Shown here piece after piece: positions 50,871 to 64,000 of a DNA stretch of 64,000 nt (position 1 is the stretch's first letter; each line of letters begins with the position of its first letter). The stretch covers positions 350,734,001 through 350,798,000 of the forward strand of contig OZ024741.1 of NCBI GenBank assembly GCA_964016885.1. The letters run 5' to 3'. The position numbers and the translations under genes were made by a program. A model generated the notes under the pieces. The model searched no databases and was not told the origin of the DNA. It saw only the letters and a list, made by a program, of their open reading frames with translations. The DNA comes from Eledone cirrhosa. Taxonomy: Eukaryota.

Positions 50871-51567
50871 CACAGGTTCTCAACCCATTTAGGCCACACG
50901 CCCCCTTTTGTCCCTCAAAATCACGAACTCCCCCCCCCCCCCCCCCCCCACCGCCACCCTATTTTTCTATTTTTTCAATATACTACTGATTTTTATATCA
51001 GTAGATTACTAAAAACTTGATTAACAATATTCCAAAGATGTGTGTATTATCTGATTATGTGTTGTATGTGGTCCTAGATGTGTGTGCGACTCGCTTCTGT
51101 TTTTTCTTTTCTTTTTTTTATTTGTAATATTATTTATACAATAGGGAACAAAATAGATCTACATAGTGTTAACTCGTTGCAGCTGAGTCAATAATTTCAG
51201 ACATGAAATACATTGTTATCGGTAAAGGAAAGATAAGATTCTAACTGGCTGCGCTCAAAGTGTCTTTGATCCAGTTAACTGTGGGTTTTTCCATTTTTAA
51301 GATCTCAATTACCAGTTAACGTCTCAATTACCAGACATGCCTGCACACCTGCTCACAGCTTGCAGACAGCATAACTATAGTTATGCTGTCTGCAAGCTCA
51401 TTCAAATGCATTCACACTGGCTGTCACAGAAACATACAAATATGGCTTATAAAACTTACCAAAATAAAGAGCCTTCCGGCGCCCCCCTGACCCCCCTCCC
51501 CCAGCTCCAACCCCCCCCCCCCCCCCCCCTCCCCGGAGTTCCGAACGCCCCCCGTTGAGAACCTTTG
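50871..51567. mobile_element. hAT-type non-autonomous element with 8-bp TSD
   Basis: TIRs cacaggttctcaac and gttgagaacctttg. TSD cattagat at 50863-50870 and 51568-51575. Confidence 0.88.
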
Positions 51568-52241
51568 CATTAGATGATCCTAATATTCAAAGCTACTTTA
51601 ATTCAGACCAAAGTTATTTTTTTTTTAAATAGAAAGCTTATTTCTGTTTTCTAAAATGCAATTAAAGGTGGCTGTCTCTTTTTGTTTTTTGTTTTAGTGG
51701 CTTACATGTTTCAGGTATTTTATTACTACTTGTCCTACTTAATATTCACCTATCAGGTATGTATATGTTGTTATACACTGCCTATGACATTCGCCAACAC
51801 TATACCTGATATCCCCCTCCATACACATGCACACACTGTTCATTTTCCTGGCATTTGAATATTATTCTATGTACTATACATGCACCTTTGATGAGTTGTA
51901 GTGCACCTGAGCACTGTACACAATAATTTCATTATTATTATTATTATATGGTGTACACTATACATAATATATATCTATAGTGTATATACTATAGAAACTA
52001 TATATCAATAGTGTATACACAATTTATAGTGCATATACACAATTCATAGTACATACACACTATCAATAATATATATAAACTATCTATAATATATATACAC
52101 TATCTATAATGTATATACACTACCGAAAGTGTATATACACTACCGAAAGTGTATATACACTACCTATAGTGTATACACACTAACTATAGTATATACACAC
52201 TACCTATAGTGTATACACACAATCTATGATATATAAATATA

Positions 52242-52288
<47 letters not shown>

Positions 52289-52292
52289 CATC

Positions 52293-52323
<31 letters not shown>

Positions 52324-52729
52324 CCATCTATTATATATAGGAAGGGCAGTTGGTGTTAGGAAGGGCATCCAGCCGTAGAAAACCCGGCAGACAGTCCTAT
52401 GCGAGCAAGACAACCACTCTTGCCTCAAGTGGGAAAACTCCCGTCCAAACCAATGCAAGCGAGGAAGATGGACGTTAAACGATGATGATGATGATGATAT
52501 ATATATATAAACACTATCTATAATGTATATAAATGCAGACAACTAAACTGCTGTGTCTAATTTGCATAAGAATGTATGTGCTGGTATGAATAATAAATTA
52601 AATCCCTACACAGATACAGGCATGACTGTGTGGTTATATAGTTCACTTTGTAACCAGATGACTTCAGTTTCTGTTCCACTGTGTGGCACCTTCGATACAT
52701 ATCTTGTAGGGTCTATCTCTCTACTACTA

Positions 52730-55700
52730 TATAACCTTGGGTATGTCTCTCTACTCTACTATAGTGACTGAGGTATGTCTCTCTTCTACTATAGAGTCTG
52801 GGGTATGTCTCTCTATTCTAATATAGAGTCTGGAGTATGTCTCTTTTCTACTATAGTGACTGAGGTATGTCTCTTTTCTACTATAGTGACTGATGTATGT
52901 CTCTCTCACTTTTACTATAGTGACTGAGGTATGTCTCTTTTCTACTATAGTGACTGAGGTATGTCTCTTTTCTACTATAGTGACTGAGGTATGTCTCTTT
53001 TCTACTATAGTGACTGAGGTATGTCTCTTTTCTACTATAGTGACTGAGGTATGTCTCTTTTCTACTATAGTGACTGAGGTATGTCTCTCTTCTACTATAG
53101 TGACTGAGGTATGTCTCTCTACTCTACTATAGTGACTGAGGTATGTCTCTTTTCTACTATAGTGACTGAGGTATGTCTCTTTTCTACTATAGTGACTGAG
53201 GTATGTCTCTTTTCTACTATAGTGACTGAGATATGTCTCTTTTCTACTATAGTGACTGAGGTATGTCTCTCTACTCTACTATAGTGACTGAGGTATGTCT
53301 CTCTTCTACTATAGTGACTGAGGTATGTCTCTTTTCTACTATAGTGACTGAGGTATGTCTCTCTTCTACTATAGTGACTGAGGTATGTCTCTTCTACTAT
53401 AGTGACTGAGGTATGTCTCTCTACTCTACTATAGTGACTGAGGTATGTCTCTCTCTCTTTTACTATAGTGACTGAGGTATGTCTCTCTTCTTCTATAGTG
53501 ACTGAGGTATGTCTCTCTTCTACTATAGTGACTGAGGTATGTCTCTCTTCTACTATAGTGACTGAGGTATGTCTCTTTTCTACTATAGTGACTGAGGTAT
53601 GTCTCTCTTCTATATGACTGAGGTATGTCTTTCTTCTACTATAGTGACTGAGGTATGTCTCTTTTCTACTATAGTGACTGAGGTATGTCTCTCTTCTATA
53701 TGTCTGAGGTATGTCTCTTTTCTACTATAGTGACTGAGGTATGTCTCTTTTCTACTATAGTGACTGAGGTGTGTCTCTTTTCTACTATAGTGACTGAGGT
53801 ATGTCTCTCTTCTACTATAGTGACTGACGTATGTCTCTCTACTCTACTATAGTGACTGAGGTGTGTCTCTTTTCTACTATAGTGACTGAGGTATGTCTCT
53901 CTTCTATATGACTGAGGTATGTCTCTTTTCTAATATAGTGACTGAGGTATGTCTTTTTTCTACTATAGTGACTGAGGTATGTCTCTCTTCTACTATAGTG
54001 ACTGAGGTATGTCTCTTTTCTACTATAGTGACTGAGGTATGTCTCTTTTCTACAATAGTGACTGAGGTATGCTCTCTTTTACTATAGTGACTGAGGTATG
54101 TCTCTTTTCTACTATAGTGACTGAGGTATGTCTCTTTTCTACAATAGTGACTGAGGTATGTCTCTCTTCTACTATAGTGACTGAGGTATGTCTCTCTTCT
54201 ACTATAGTGAGTGAGGTATGTTTCTCTTCTACTATAGTGAGTGAGGTATGTCTCTCTTCTACTATAGTGAGTGAGGTATGTCTCTTTTCTACTATAGTGA
54301 CTGAGGTATGTCTCATTTCTACTATAGTGACTGAGGTATGTCTCTTTTCTACTATAGTGACTGAGGTATGTCTCTTTTCTACTATAGTGACTGAGGTATG
54401 TCTCTTTTCTACTATAGTGACTGAGGTATGTCTCTCTTCTACTATAGTGACTGAGGCATGTCTCTTTTCTACTATAGAGACTGGGTATGTCTCTTTACTA
54501 TAGTAACTGTGTTATGTCTCTCTTCTTCTATAGTGACTGGGTATGTCTATTTTCTACTATAGAGTATGGGGTATGTGTTTCTATTTTACTATAGTGACTG
54601 AGGTATGTCTCTTTTCTACAATAGTGACTGAGGTATGTCTCTTTTCTACTATAGTGACTGAGGTATGTCTCTTTTCTACTGTAGTGACTTATGTATGTCT
54701 CTTTTCTACTATAGTGACTGAGGTCTGTCTCTCTTCTACTATAGTGACTGAGGTATGTCTCATTTCTTCTATAGTGACTGAGGTATGTCGCTCTTCTACT
54801 ATAGTGACTGAGGTATGTCTCTTTTCTACTATAGTGACTGAGGTATGTCTCTCTTCTACTATAGTGACTGAGGTATGTCTCTTCTACTATAGTGACTGAG
54901 GTATGTCTCTTTTCTACTATAGTGACTGAGGTATGTCTCTCTTCTACTATAGTGACTGAGGTATGCTCTCTTCTACTATAGTGACTGAGGTATGTCTCTT
55001 TTCTACTATAGTGACTGAGGTATGTCTCTCTTCTACTATAGTGACTGAGGTATGCTCTCTTCTACTATAGTGACTGAGGTATGTCTCTTTTCTACTATAG
55101 TGACTGAGATATGTCTCTCTTCTACTATAGTGACTGAGGTATGTGTCTTTTCTACTATAGTGACTGAGGTATGTCTCTTTTCTACTATAGTGACTGAGGT
55201 ATGTCTCTCTTCTACTATAGTGACTGAGGTATGTCTCTTTTCTAATATAGTGACTGAGGTATGTCTCTTTTCTACTATAGTGACTGAGGTATGTCTCTTT
55301 TCTACTATAGTGACTGAGGTATGTCTCTCTTCTACTATAGTGACTGAGGTATGTCTCTCTTCTACTATAGTGACTGAGGTATGCTCTCTTCTACTATAGT
55401 GACTGAGGTATGTCTCTTTTCTACTATAGTGACTGAGGTATGTCTCTTTTACTATAGTGACTGAGGTATGTCTCTCTTCTACTATAGTGACTGAGGTGTG
55501 TGTCTTTTCTACTATAGTGACTGAGGTATGTCTCTCTTCTACTATAGTGACTGAGGTATGTCTCTCTTCTACTATAGTGACTGAGGTATGTCTCTTTTCT
55601 ACTATAGTGACTGAGGTATGTGTCTTTTCTACTATAGTGACTGAGGTATGTCTCTTTTCTACTATAGTGACTGAGGTATGTCTCTCTTCTACTATAGTGA

Positions 55701-58700
55701 CTGAGGTATGTCTCTTTTCTACTATAGTGACTGAGGTATGTCTCTTTTCTACTATAGTGACTGAGGTATGTCTCTTTTCTACTATAGTGACTGAGGTATG
55801 TCTCTTTTCTACTATAGTGACTGAGGTATGTCTCTTTCCTACTATAGTGACTGAGGTATGTCTCATTTCTTCTATAGTGACTGAGGTATGTCTCTCTTCT
55901 ACTATAGTGACTGAGGTAAGTCTCTTTTCTACTATAGTGACTGAGGTATGTCTCTCTTCTACTATAGTGACTGAGGTATGGCTCTTAACTATAGTGACTG
56001 TGTTATGTCTCTCTTCTTCTATAGTGACTGTGTATGTCTCTTTTCTACTATAGAGTATGGGGTATGTGTCTGTATTCTACTGTAGAGTCTGGGGGTATGT
56101 CTCTCTTCTACTACAGTGACTGAGGTATGTCTCTTTTCTACTATGGTGACTAAGGTATGTCTCATTTCTACTATAGTGACTGAGGTATGTCTCTTTTCAA
56201 CAATAGTGACTGAGGTATGTCTCTTTTCTACTATTGTGACTGAGGGATGTCTCTTTTCTACTATAGTGACTGAGGTATGTCTCTTTTCTACTATTGTGAC
56301 TGAGGTATGTCTCTTTTCTACTATTGTGACTGAGGTATGTCTCTTTTCTACTATTGTGACTGAGGTATGTCTCTTTTCTACTATTGTGACTGAGGTATGT
56401 CTCTTTTCTACTATAGTACCTGAGGTATGTCTCTCTTCTACTATAGTGAGTGAGGTATGTCTCTCTACTCTACTATAGTGACTGAGGTATTTCTCTCTTC
56501 TTCTATAGTGACTGAGGTATGTCTCTCTTCTACTATAGTGACTGAGGTATGTCTCTTTTCAACTATAGTGACTGAGGTATGTCTCTTCTTCTATAGTGAC
56601 TGAGGTATGTCTCTCTTCTACTATAGTGACTGAGGTATGTCTCTTCTACTATAGTGACTGAGGTATGTCTCTCTACTCTACTATAGTGACTGAGGTATGT
56701 CTCTCTCTCTTTTACTATAGTGACTGAGGTATGTCTCTCTTCTACTATAGTGACTGAGGTATGTCTCTCTTCTACTATAGTGACTGAGGTATGTCTCTTT
56801 TCTACTATAGTGACTGAGCTATGTCTCTCTTCTATATGACTGAGGTATGTCTTTCTTCTACTATAGTGACTGAGGTATGTCTCTTTTCTACTATAGTGAC
56901 TGAGGTATGTCTCTCTTCTATATGTCTGAGGTATGTCTCTTTTCTACTATAGTGACTGAGGTATGTCTCTTTTCTACTATAGTGACTGAGGTGTGTCTCT
57001 TTTCTACTATAGTGACTGAGGTATGTCTCTCTTCTACTATAGTGACTGACGTATGTCTCTCTACTCTACTATAGTGACTGAGGTGTGTCTCTTTTCTACT
57101 ATAGTGACTGAGGTATGTCTCTCTTCTATATGACTGAGGTATGTCTCTTTTCTAATATAGTGACTGAGGTATGTCTTTTTTCTACTATAGTGACTGAGGT
57201 ATGTCTCTCTTCTACTATAGTGACTGAGGTATGTCTCTTTTCTACTATAGTGACTGAGGTATGTCTCTTTTCTACAATAGTGACTGAGGTATGCTCTCTT
57301 TTACTATAGTGACTGAGGTATGTCTCTTTTCTACTATAGTGACTGAGGTATGTCTCTTTTCTACAATAGTGACTGAGGTATGTCTCTCTTCTACTATAGT
57401 GACTGAGGTATGTCTCTCTTCTACTATAGTGAGTGAGGTATGTTTCTCTTCTACTATAGTGAGTGAGGTATGTCTCTCTTCTACTATAGTGAGTGAGGTA
57501 TGTCTCATTTCTACTATAGTGACTGAGGTATGTCTCTTTTCTACTATAGTGACTGAGGTATGTCTCTCTTCTACTATAGTGACTGAGGTATGTCTCATTT
57601 CTACTATAGTGACAGAGGTATGTCTCTCTTCTACTATAGTGAGTGAGGTATGTCTCTTTTCTACTATTGTGACTGGGGTATGTCTCATTTCTACTATAGT
57701 GACTGAGGTATGTCTCATTTCTACTATAGTGACTGAGGTATGTCTCATTTCTACTATAGTGACTGAGGTTGTCTCATTTCTACTATAGTGACTGAGGTAT
57801 GTCTCTTTTCTACTATAGTGACTGAGGTACGTCTCTTTTCTACTATAGAGACTGAGGTATGTCTCTCTTCTACGATAGAGACTGAGGTATGTCTCTTCTA
57901 CTATAGTGACTGAGGTATGTCTCTTCTACTATAGTGACTGAGGTGTGTCTCTCTTCTTCTATAGTGACTGAGGTATGTCTCTCTTCTACTATAGTGAGTG
58001 AGGTATGTCTCTCTACTCTACTATAGTGACTGAGGTATGTCTCTCTTCTACTATAGTGACTGAGATATGTCTCTCTTCTACTATAGTGACTGAGATATGT
58101 CTCTCTTCTATATGACTGAGGTATGTCTCTCTTCTACTATAGTGACTGAGGTATGTCTCTTTTCTCCTATAGTGACTGAGGTATGTCTCTCTTCTTCTAT
58201 AGTGACTGAGGTATGTCTCTCTTCTACTATAGTGACTGAGGTATGTCTCTTCTACTATAGAGTCTGGGGTATGTGTCTTTTCTACTATAGTGACTGAGGT
58301 AGGTCTCTTTTCTACTATTGTGACTGAGGTATGTCTCTTTTCTACTATAGTGACTGAGGTATGTCTCTCTTCTACTATAGTGACTGAGGTATGTCTCTTC
58401 TACTATAGTGACTGAGGTATGTCTCTCTTCTACTATAGTGACTGAGGTATGTCTCTTTTCTACTATGGTGACTGAGGTATGTCTCATTTCTACTATAGTG
58501 ACTGAGGTATGTCTCTTTTCAACAATAGTGACTGAGGTATGTCTCTTTTCTACTATTGTGACTGAGGGATGTCTCTTTTCTACTATAGTGACTGAGGTAT
58601 GTCTCTTTTCTACTATTGTGACTGAGGTATGTCTCTTTTCTACTATTGTGACTGAGGTATGTCTCTTTTCTACTATTGTGACTGAGGTATGTCTCTTTTC

Positions 58701-61700
58701 TACTATAGTACCTGAGGTATGTCTCTCTTCTACTATAGTGAGTGAGGTATGTCTCTCTACTCTACTATAGTGACTGAGGTATTTCTCTCTTCTTCTATAG
58801 TGACTGAGGTATGTCTCTCTTCTACTATAGTGACTGAGGTATGTCTCTTTTCAACTATAGTGACTGAGGTATGTCTCTTCTTCTATAGTGACTGAGGTAT
58901 GTCTCTCTTCTACTATAGTGAGTGAGGTATGTCTCTCTCCTCTACTATAGTGACTGAGGTATGTCTCTTTTCTACTATTGTGACTGAGGTATGTCTCTTT
59001 TCTACTATAGTGACTGAGGTATGTCTCTCTTCTACTATAGTGACTGAGGTATGTCTCTTCTACTATAGTGACTGAGGTATGTCTCTCTACTCTACTATAG
59101 TGACTGAGGTATGTCTCTCTCTCTTTTACTATAGTGACTGAGGTATGTCTCTCTTCTTCTATAGTGACTGAGGTATGTCTCTCTTCTACTATAGTGACTG
59201 AGGTATGTCTCTCTTCTATATGACTGAGGTATGTCTTTCTTCTACTATAGTGACTGAGGTATGTCTCTTTTCTACTATAGTGACTGAGGTATGTCTCTCT
59301 TCTATATGTCTGAGGTATGTCTCTTTTCTACTATAGTGACTGAGGTATGTCTCTTTTCTACTATAGTGACTGAGGTGTGTCTCTTTTCTACTCTAGTGAC
59401 TGAGGTATGTCTCTCTTCTACTATAGTGACTGACGTATGTCTCTCTACTCTACTATAGTGACTGAGGTGTGTCTCTTTTCTACTATAGTGACTGAGGTAT
59501 GTCTCTCTTCTATATGACTGAGGTATGTCTCTTTTCTAATATAGTGACTGAGGTATGTCTCTTTTCTACTATAGTGACTGAGGTATGTCTCTCTTCTACT
59601 ATAGTGACTGAGGTATGTCTCTTTTCTACTATAGTGACTGAGGTATGTCTCTTTTCTACAATAGTGACTGAGGTATGCTCTCTTTTACTATAGTGACTGA
59701 GGTATGTCTCTTTTCTACTATAGTGACTGAGGTATGTCTCTTTTCTACAATAGTGACTGAGGTATGTCTCTCTTCTACTATAGTGACTGAGGTATGTCTC
59801 TCTTCTACTATAGTGAGTGAGGTATGTCTCTCTTCTACTATAGTGAGTGAGGTATGTCTCTCTTCTACTATAGTGAGTGAGGTATGTCTCTTTTCTACTA
59901 TAGTGACTGAGGTATGTCTCATTTCTACTATAGTGACTGAGGTATGTCTCTTTTCTACTATAGTGACTGAGGTATGTCTCTCTTCTACTATAGTGACTGA
60001 GGTATGTCTCATTTCTACTATAGTGACAGAGGTATGTCTCTCTTCTACTATAGTGAGTGAGGTATGTCTCTTTTCTACTATTGTGACTGGGGTATGTCTC
60101 ATTTCTACTATAGTGACTGAGGTATGTCTCATTTCTACTATAGTGACTGAGGTATGTCTCATTTCTACTATAGTGACTGAGGTTGTCTCATTTCTACTAT
60201 AGTGACTGAGGTATGTCTCTTTTCTACTATAGTGACTGAGGTACGTCTCTTTTCTACTATAGAGACTGAGGTATGTCTCTCTTCTACGATAGAGACTGAG
60301 GTATGTCTCTTCTACTATAGTGACTGAGGTATGTCTCTTCTACTATAGTGACTGAGGTGTGTCTCTCTTCTTCTATAGTGACTGAGGTATGTCTCTCTTC
60401 TACTATAGTGAGTGAGGTATGTCTCTCTACTCTACTATAGTGACTGAGGTATGTCTCTCTTCTACTATAGTGACTGAGATATGTCTCTCTTCTATATGAC
60501 TGAGGTATGTCTCTCTTCTACTATAGTGACTGAGGTATGTCACTTTTCTCCTATAGTGACTGAGGTATGTCTCTCTTCTTCTATAGTGACTGAGGTATGT
60601 CTCTCTTCTACTATAGTGACTGAGGTATGTCTCTTCTACTATAGAGTCTGGGGTATGTGTCTTTTCTACTATAGTGACTGAGGTAGGTCTCTTTTCTACT
60701 ATTGTGACTGAGGTATGTCTCTTTTCTACTATAGTGACTGAGGTATGTCTCTCTTCTACTATAGTGACTGAGGTATGTCTCTTCTACTATAGTGACTGAG
60801 GTATGTCTCTCTTCTACTATAGTGACTGAGGTATGTCTCTCTCTACTCTACTATAGTGACTGAGGTATGTCTCTCTTTTCTTCTATAGTGACTGAGGTAT
60901 GTCTCTCTTCTTCTATCGTGACTGAGGTATGTCTCTTCTACTATAGTGACTGAGGTATGTCTCTCTTCTACTATAGTGACTGAGGTATGTCTCTCTTCTA
61001 CTATAGTGACTGAGGTATGTCTCTTCTACTATAGTGACTGAGGTAAGTCTCTCTTCTTCTATAGTGACTGAGGTATGTCTCTTCTACTATAGTGACTGAG
61101 GTATGTCTCTTTTCTACTATAGAGACTGGGTATGTCTCTCTTCTACTATAGTGACTGAGGTATGTCTCTCTTCTACTATAGTGACTGAGGTATGTCTCTC
61201 TTCTACTATAGTGACTGAGGTATGTCTATTCTACTATAGTGACTGAGGTATGTCTCTCTTCTACTATAGTGACTGAGGTATGTCTCTTTTCTACTGTAGT
61301 GACTGATGTATGTCTCTTTTCTTCTATAGTGACTGAGGTATGTCCCTTTTCTACTATAGTGACTGAGGTATGTCTCTTTTCTTCTATAGTGACTGAGGTA
61401 TGTCTCTTTTCTACTATAGTGACTGAGGTATGTCTTTTCTTCTATAGTGACTGAGGTATGTCTCTTTTCTACTATAGTGACTGATGTATGTCTCTTTTCT
61501 TCTATAGTGACTGAGGTATGTCTCTTTTCTACTATAGTGACTGAGGTATGTCTTTTCTTCTATAGTGACTGAGGTATGTCTCTTTTCTACTATAGTGACT
61601 GAGGTATGTCTCTTTTCTACTATAGTGACTGAGGTATGTCTCTTTTCTACTATAGTGACTGAGGTATGTCTCTTTTCTACTATAGTGACTGAGGTATGTC

Positions 61701-64000
61701 TCTCTACTCTACTATAGTGACTGAGGTATGTCTCTTTTCTACTATAGTGACTGGGGTATGTCTCTTTTCTACTATAGTGACTGAGGTATGTCTTTTCTTC
61801 TACTATAGTGACTGAGGTATGTCTCTTTTCTACTATAGTGACTGAGGTATGTCCCTCTTCTACTATAGTGACTGAGGTATGTCTCTTTTACTATAGTGAC
61901 TGAGGTAGTATGTCTCTCTTCTACTATAGTGACTGAGGTATTTCTCTTTTCTACAATAGTGACTGAGGTATGTCTCTTTTCTACTATAGTGACTGAGGTA
62001 TGTCTCTTTTCTACTACAGTGACTGAGGTATGTCTCTTTTCTACTATAGTGACTGAGGTATGTCTCTTTTCTACTATAGTGACTGAGGTATGTCTCTTCT
62101 ACTATAGTGACTGAGGTATGTCTCTTCTTCTATAGTGACTGAGGTATGTCTCTCTTCTACTATAGTGACTGAGGTATGTCTCTGTTCTACTATAGTGACT
62201 GAGGTATGTCTCTATACTCAATTATAGTGACTGAGGTATGTCTCTCTTCTTCTATAGTGACTGAGGTATGTCTCTCTTCTACTATAGTGAGTGAGGTATG
62301 TCTCTCTACTCTACTATAGTGACTGAGGTATGTCTCTTCTTCTATAGTGACTGAGGTATGTCTCTCTTCTACAATAGTGACTGAGGTATGTCTCTCTACT
62401 CTACTATAGTGACTGAGGTATGTCTCTTCTTCTATAGTGACTGAGGTATGTCTCTCTACTCTACTGTAGTGACTGAGGTATGTCTCTCTTTTCTTCTATA
62501 GTGACTGAGGTATGTCTCTCTTTTCTTCTATAGTGACTGAGGTATGTCTCTCTTTTCTTCTATAGTGACTGAGGTATGTCTCTTCTACCATAGAGTCTGG
62601 GGTATGTCTCTCTACTCTACTATAGTGACTGAGGTATGTCTCTCTTTTCTTCTATAGTGACTGACGTATGTCTCTCTTCTTCTATAGTGACTGAGGTATG
62701 TCTCTCTTCTTCTATAGTGACTGAGGTATGTCTCTTTTCTACTATAGTGACTGAAGTATGTCTTTTCTACTATAGTGACTGAGGTATGTCTCTCTTCTTC
62801 TATAGTGACTGAGGTAGGTCTCTTTTCTACTATTGTGACTGAGGTATGTCTCTTTTCTACTATAGTGACTGAGGTATGTCTCTCTTCTACTATAGTGACT
62901 GAGGTATGTCTCTTCTACTATAGTGACTGAGGTATGTCTCTCTTCTACTATAGTGACTGAGGTATGTCTCTTTTCTACTATGGTGACTGAGGTATGTCTC
63001 ATTTCTACTATAGTGACTGAGGTATGTCTCTTTTCAACAATAGTGACTGAGGTATGTCTCTTTTCTACTATTGTGACTGAGGGATGTCTCTTTTCTACTA
63101 TAGTGACTGAGGTATGTCTCTTTTCTACTATTGTGACTGAGGTATGTCTCTTTTCTACTATTGTGACTGAGGTATGTCTCTTTTCTACTATTGTGACTGA
63201 GGTATGTCTCTTTTCTACTATAGTACCTGAGGTATGTCTCTCTTCTACTATAGTGAGTGAGGTATGTCTCTCTACTCTACTATAGTGACTGAGGTATTTC
63301 TCTCTTCTTCTATAGTGACTGAGGTATGTCTCTCTTCTACTATAGTGACTGAGGTATGTCTCTTTTCAACTATAGTGACTGAGGTATGTCTCTTCTTCTA
63401 TAGTGACTGAGGTATGTCTCTCTTCTACTATAGTGAGTGAGGTATGTCTCTCTCCTCTACTATAGTGACTGAGGTATGTCTCTTTTCTACTATTGTGACT
63501 GAGGTATGTCTCTTTTCTACTATAGTGACTGAGGTATGTCTCTCTTCTACTATAGTGACTGAGGTATGTCTCTTCTACTATAGTGACTGAGGTATGTCTC
63601 TCTACTCTACTATAGTGACTGAGGTATGTCTCTCTCTCTTTTACTATAGTGACTGAGGTATGTCTCTCTTCTTCTATAGTGACTGAGGTATGTCTCTCTT
63701 CTACTATAGTGACTGAGGTATGTCTCTCTTCTATATGACTGAGGTATGTCTTTCTTCTACTATAGTGACTGAGGTATGTCTCTTTTCTACTATAGTGACT
63801 GAGGTATGTCTCTCTTCTATATGTCTGAGGTATGTCTCTTTTCTACTATAGTGACTGAGGTATGTCTCTTTTCTACTATAGTGACTGAGGTGTGTCTCTT
63901 TTCTACTCTAGTGACTGAGGTATGTCTCTCTTCTACTATAGTGACTGACGTATGTCTCTCTACTCTACTATAGTGACTGAGGTGTGTCTCTTTTCTACTA
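52730..64000. repeat. 30-bp minisatellite (ACTATAGTGACTGAGGTATGTCTCTTTTCT), over 11 kb, with higher-order repeats
   Basis: Hundreds of 26-34 bp monomers with no unique spacers. Variant strings recur at 53893/57115/59499 and 56116/58408/62923. Confidence 0.97.

Noticed and set aside
52730-64000. CRISPR-like array or repetitive protein (TIVTEVCLFS)n
   Set aside because: There are no unique spacers and no cas genes, and the context is eukaryotic. The ORFs arise from the 30-bp period and are broken by frequent indels.

Overview
Eukaryotic, AT-rich, microsatellite-dense animal DNA. The SINE, RTE and (TA)n content suggests an octopus or other coleoid cephalopod, but that is inference only. Almost the whole window is transposon-derived. 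It holds two Gypsy LTR elements with paired LTRs and TSDs, RTE, R4/Dong-like and CRE-like LINE remnants, Penelope-like (PLE) fragments, a deleted mariner, hAT, piggyBac and TA-target MITEs, non-autonomous Helitrons and tRNA-type SINEs. The only host coding sequence I can support is a probable terminal exon of a CCDC14-like gene (minus strand, 47137-47995). The last ~11 kb is a 30-bp minisatellite with higher-order structure that appears to have grown out of a SINE. The most striking signal is a set of sequence-unrelated, ORF-less cassettes sitting in (TA)n tracts. Most are head-to-head fold-back hairpins and each carries its own hammerhead-ribozyme (HHR) motif, several with non-canonical cores. 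This looks like a diverse PLE/retrozyme-like system targeting (TA)n. All calls were read by eye and coordinates may be off by a few bases.
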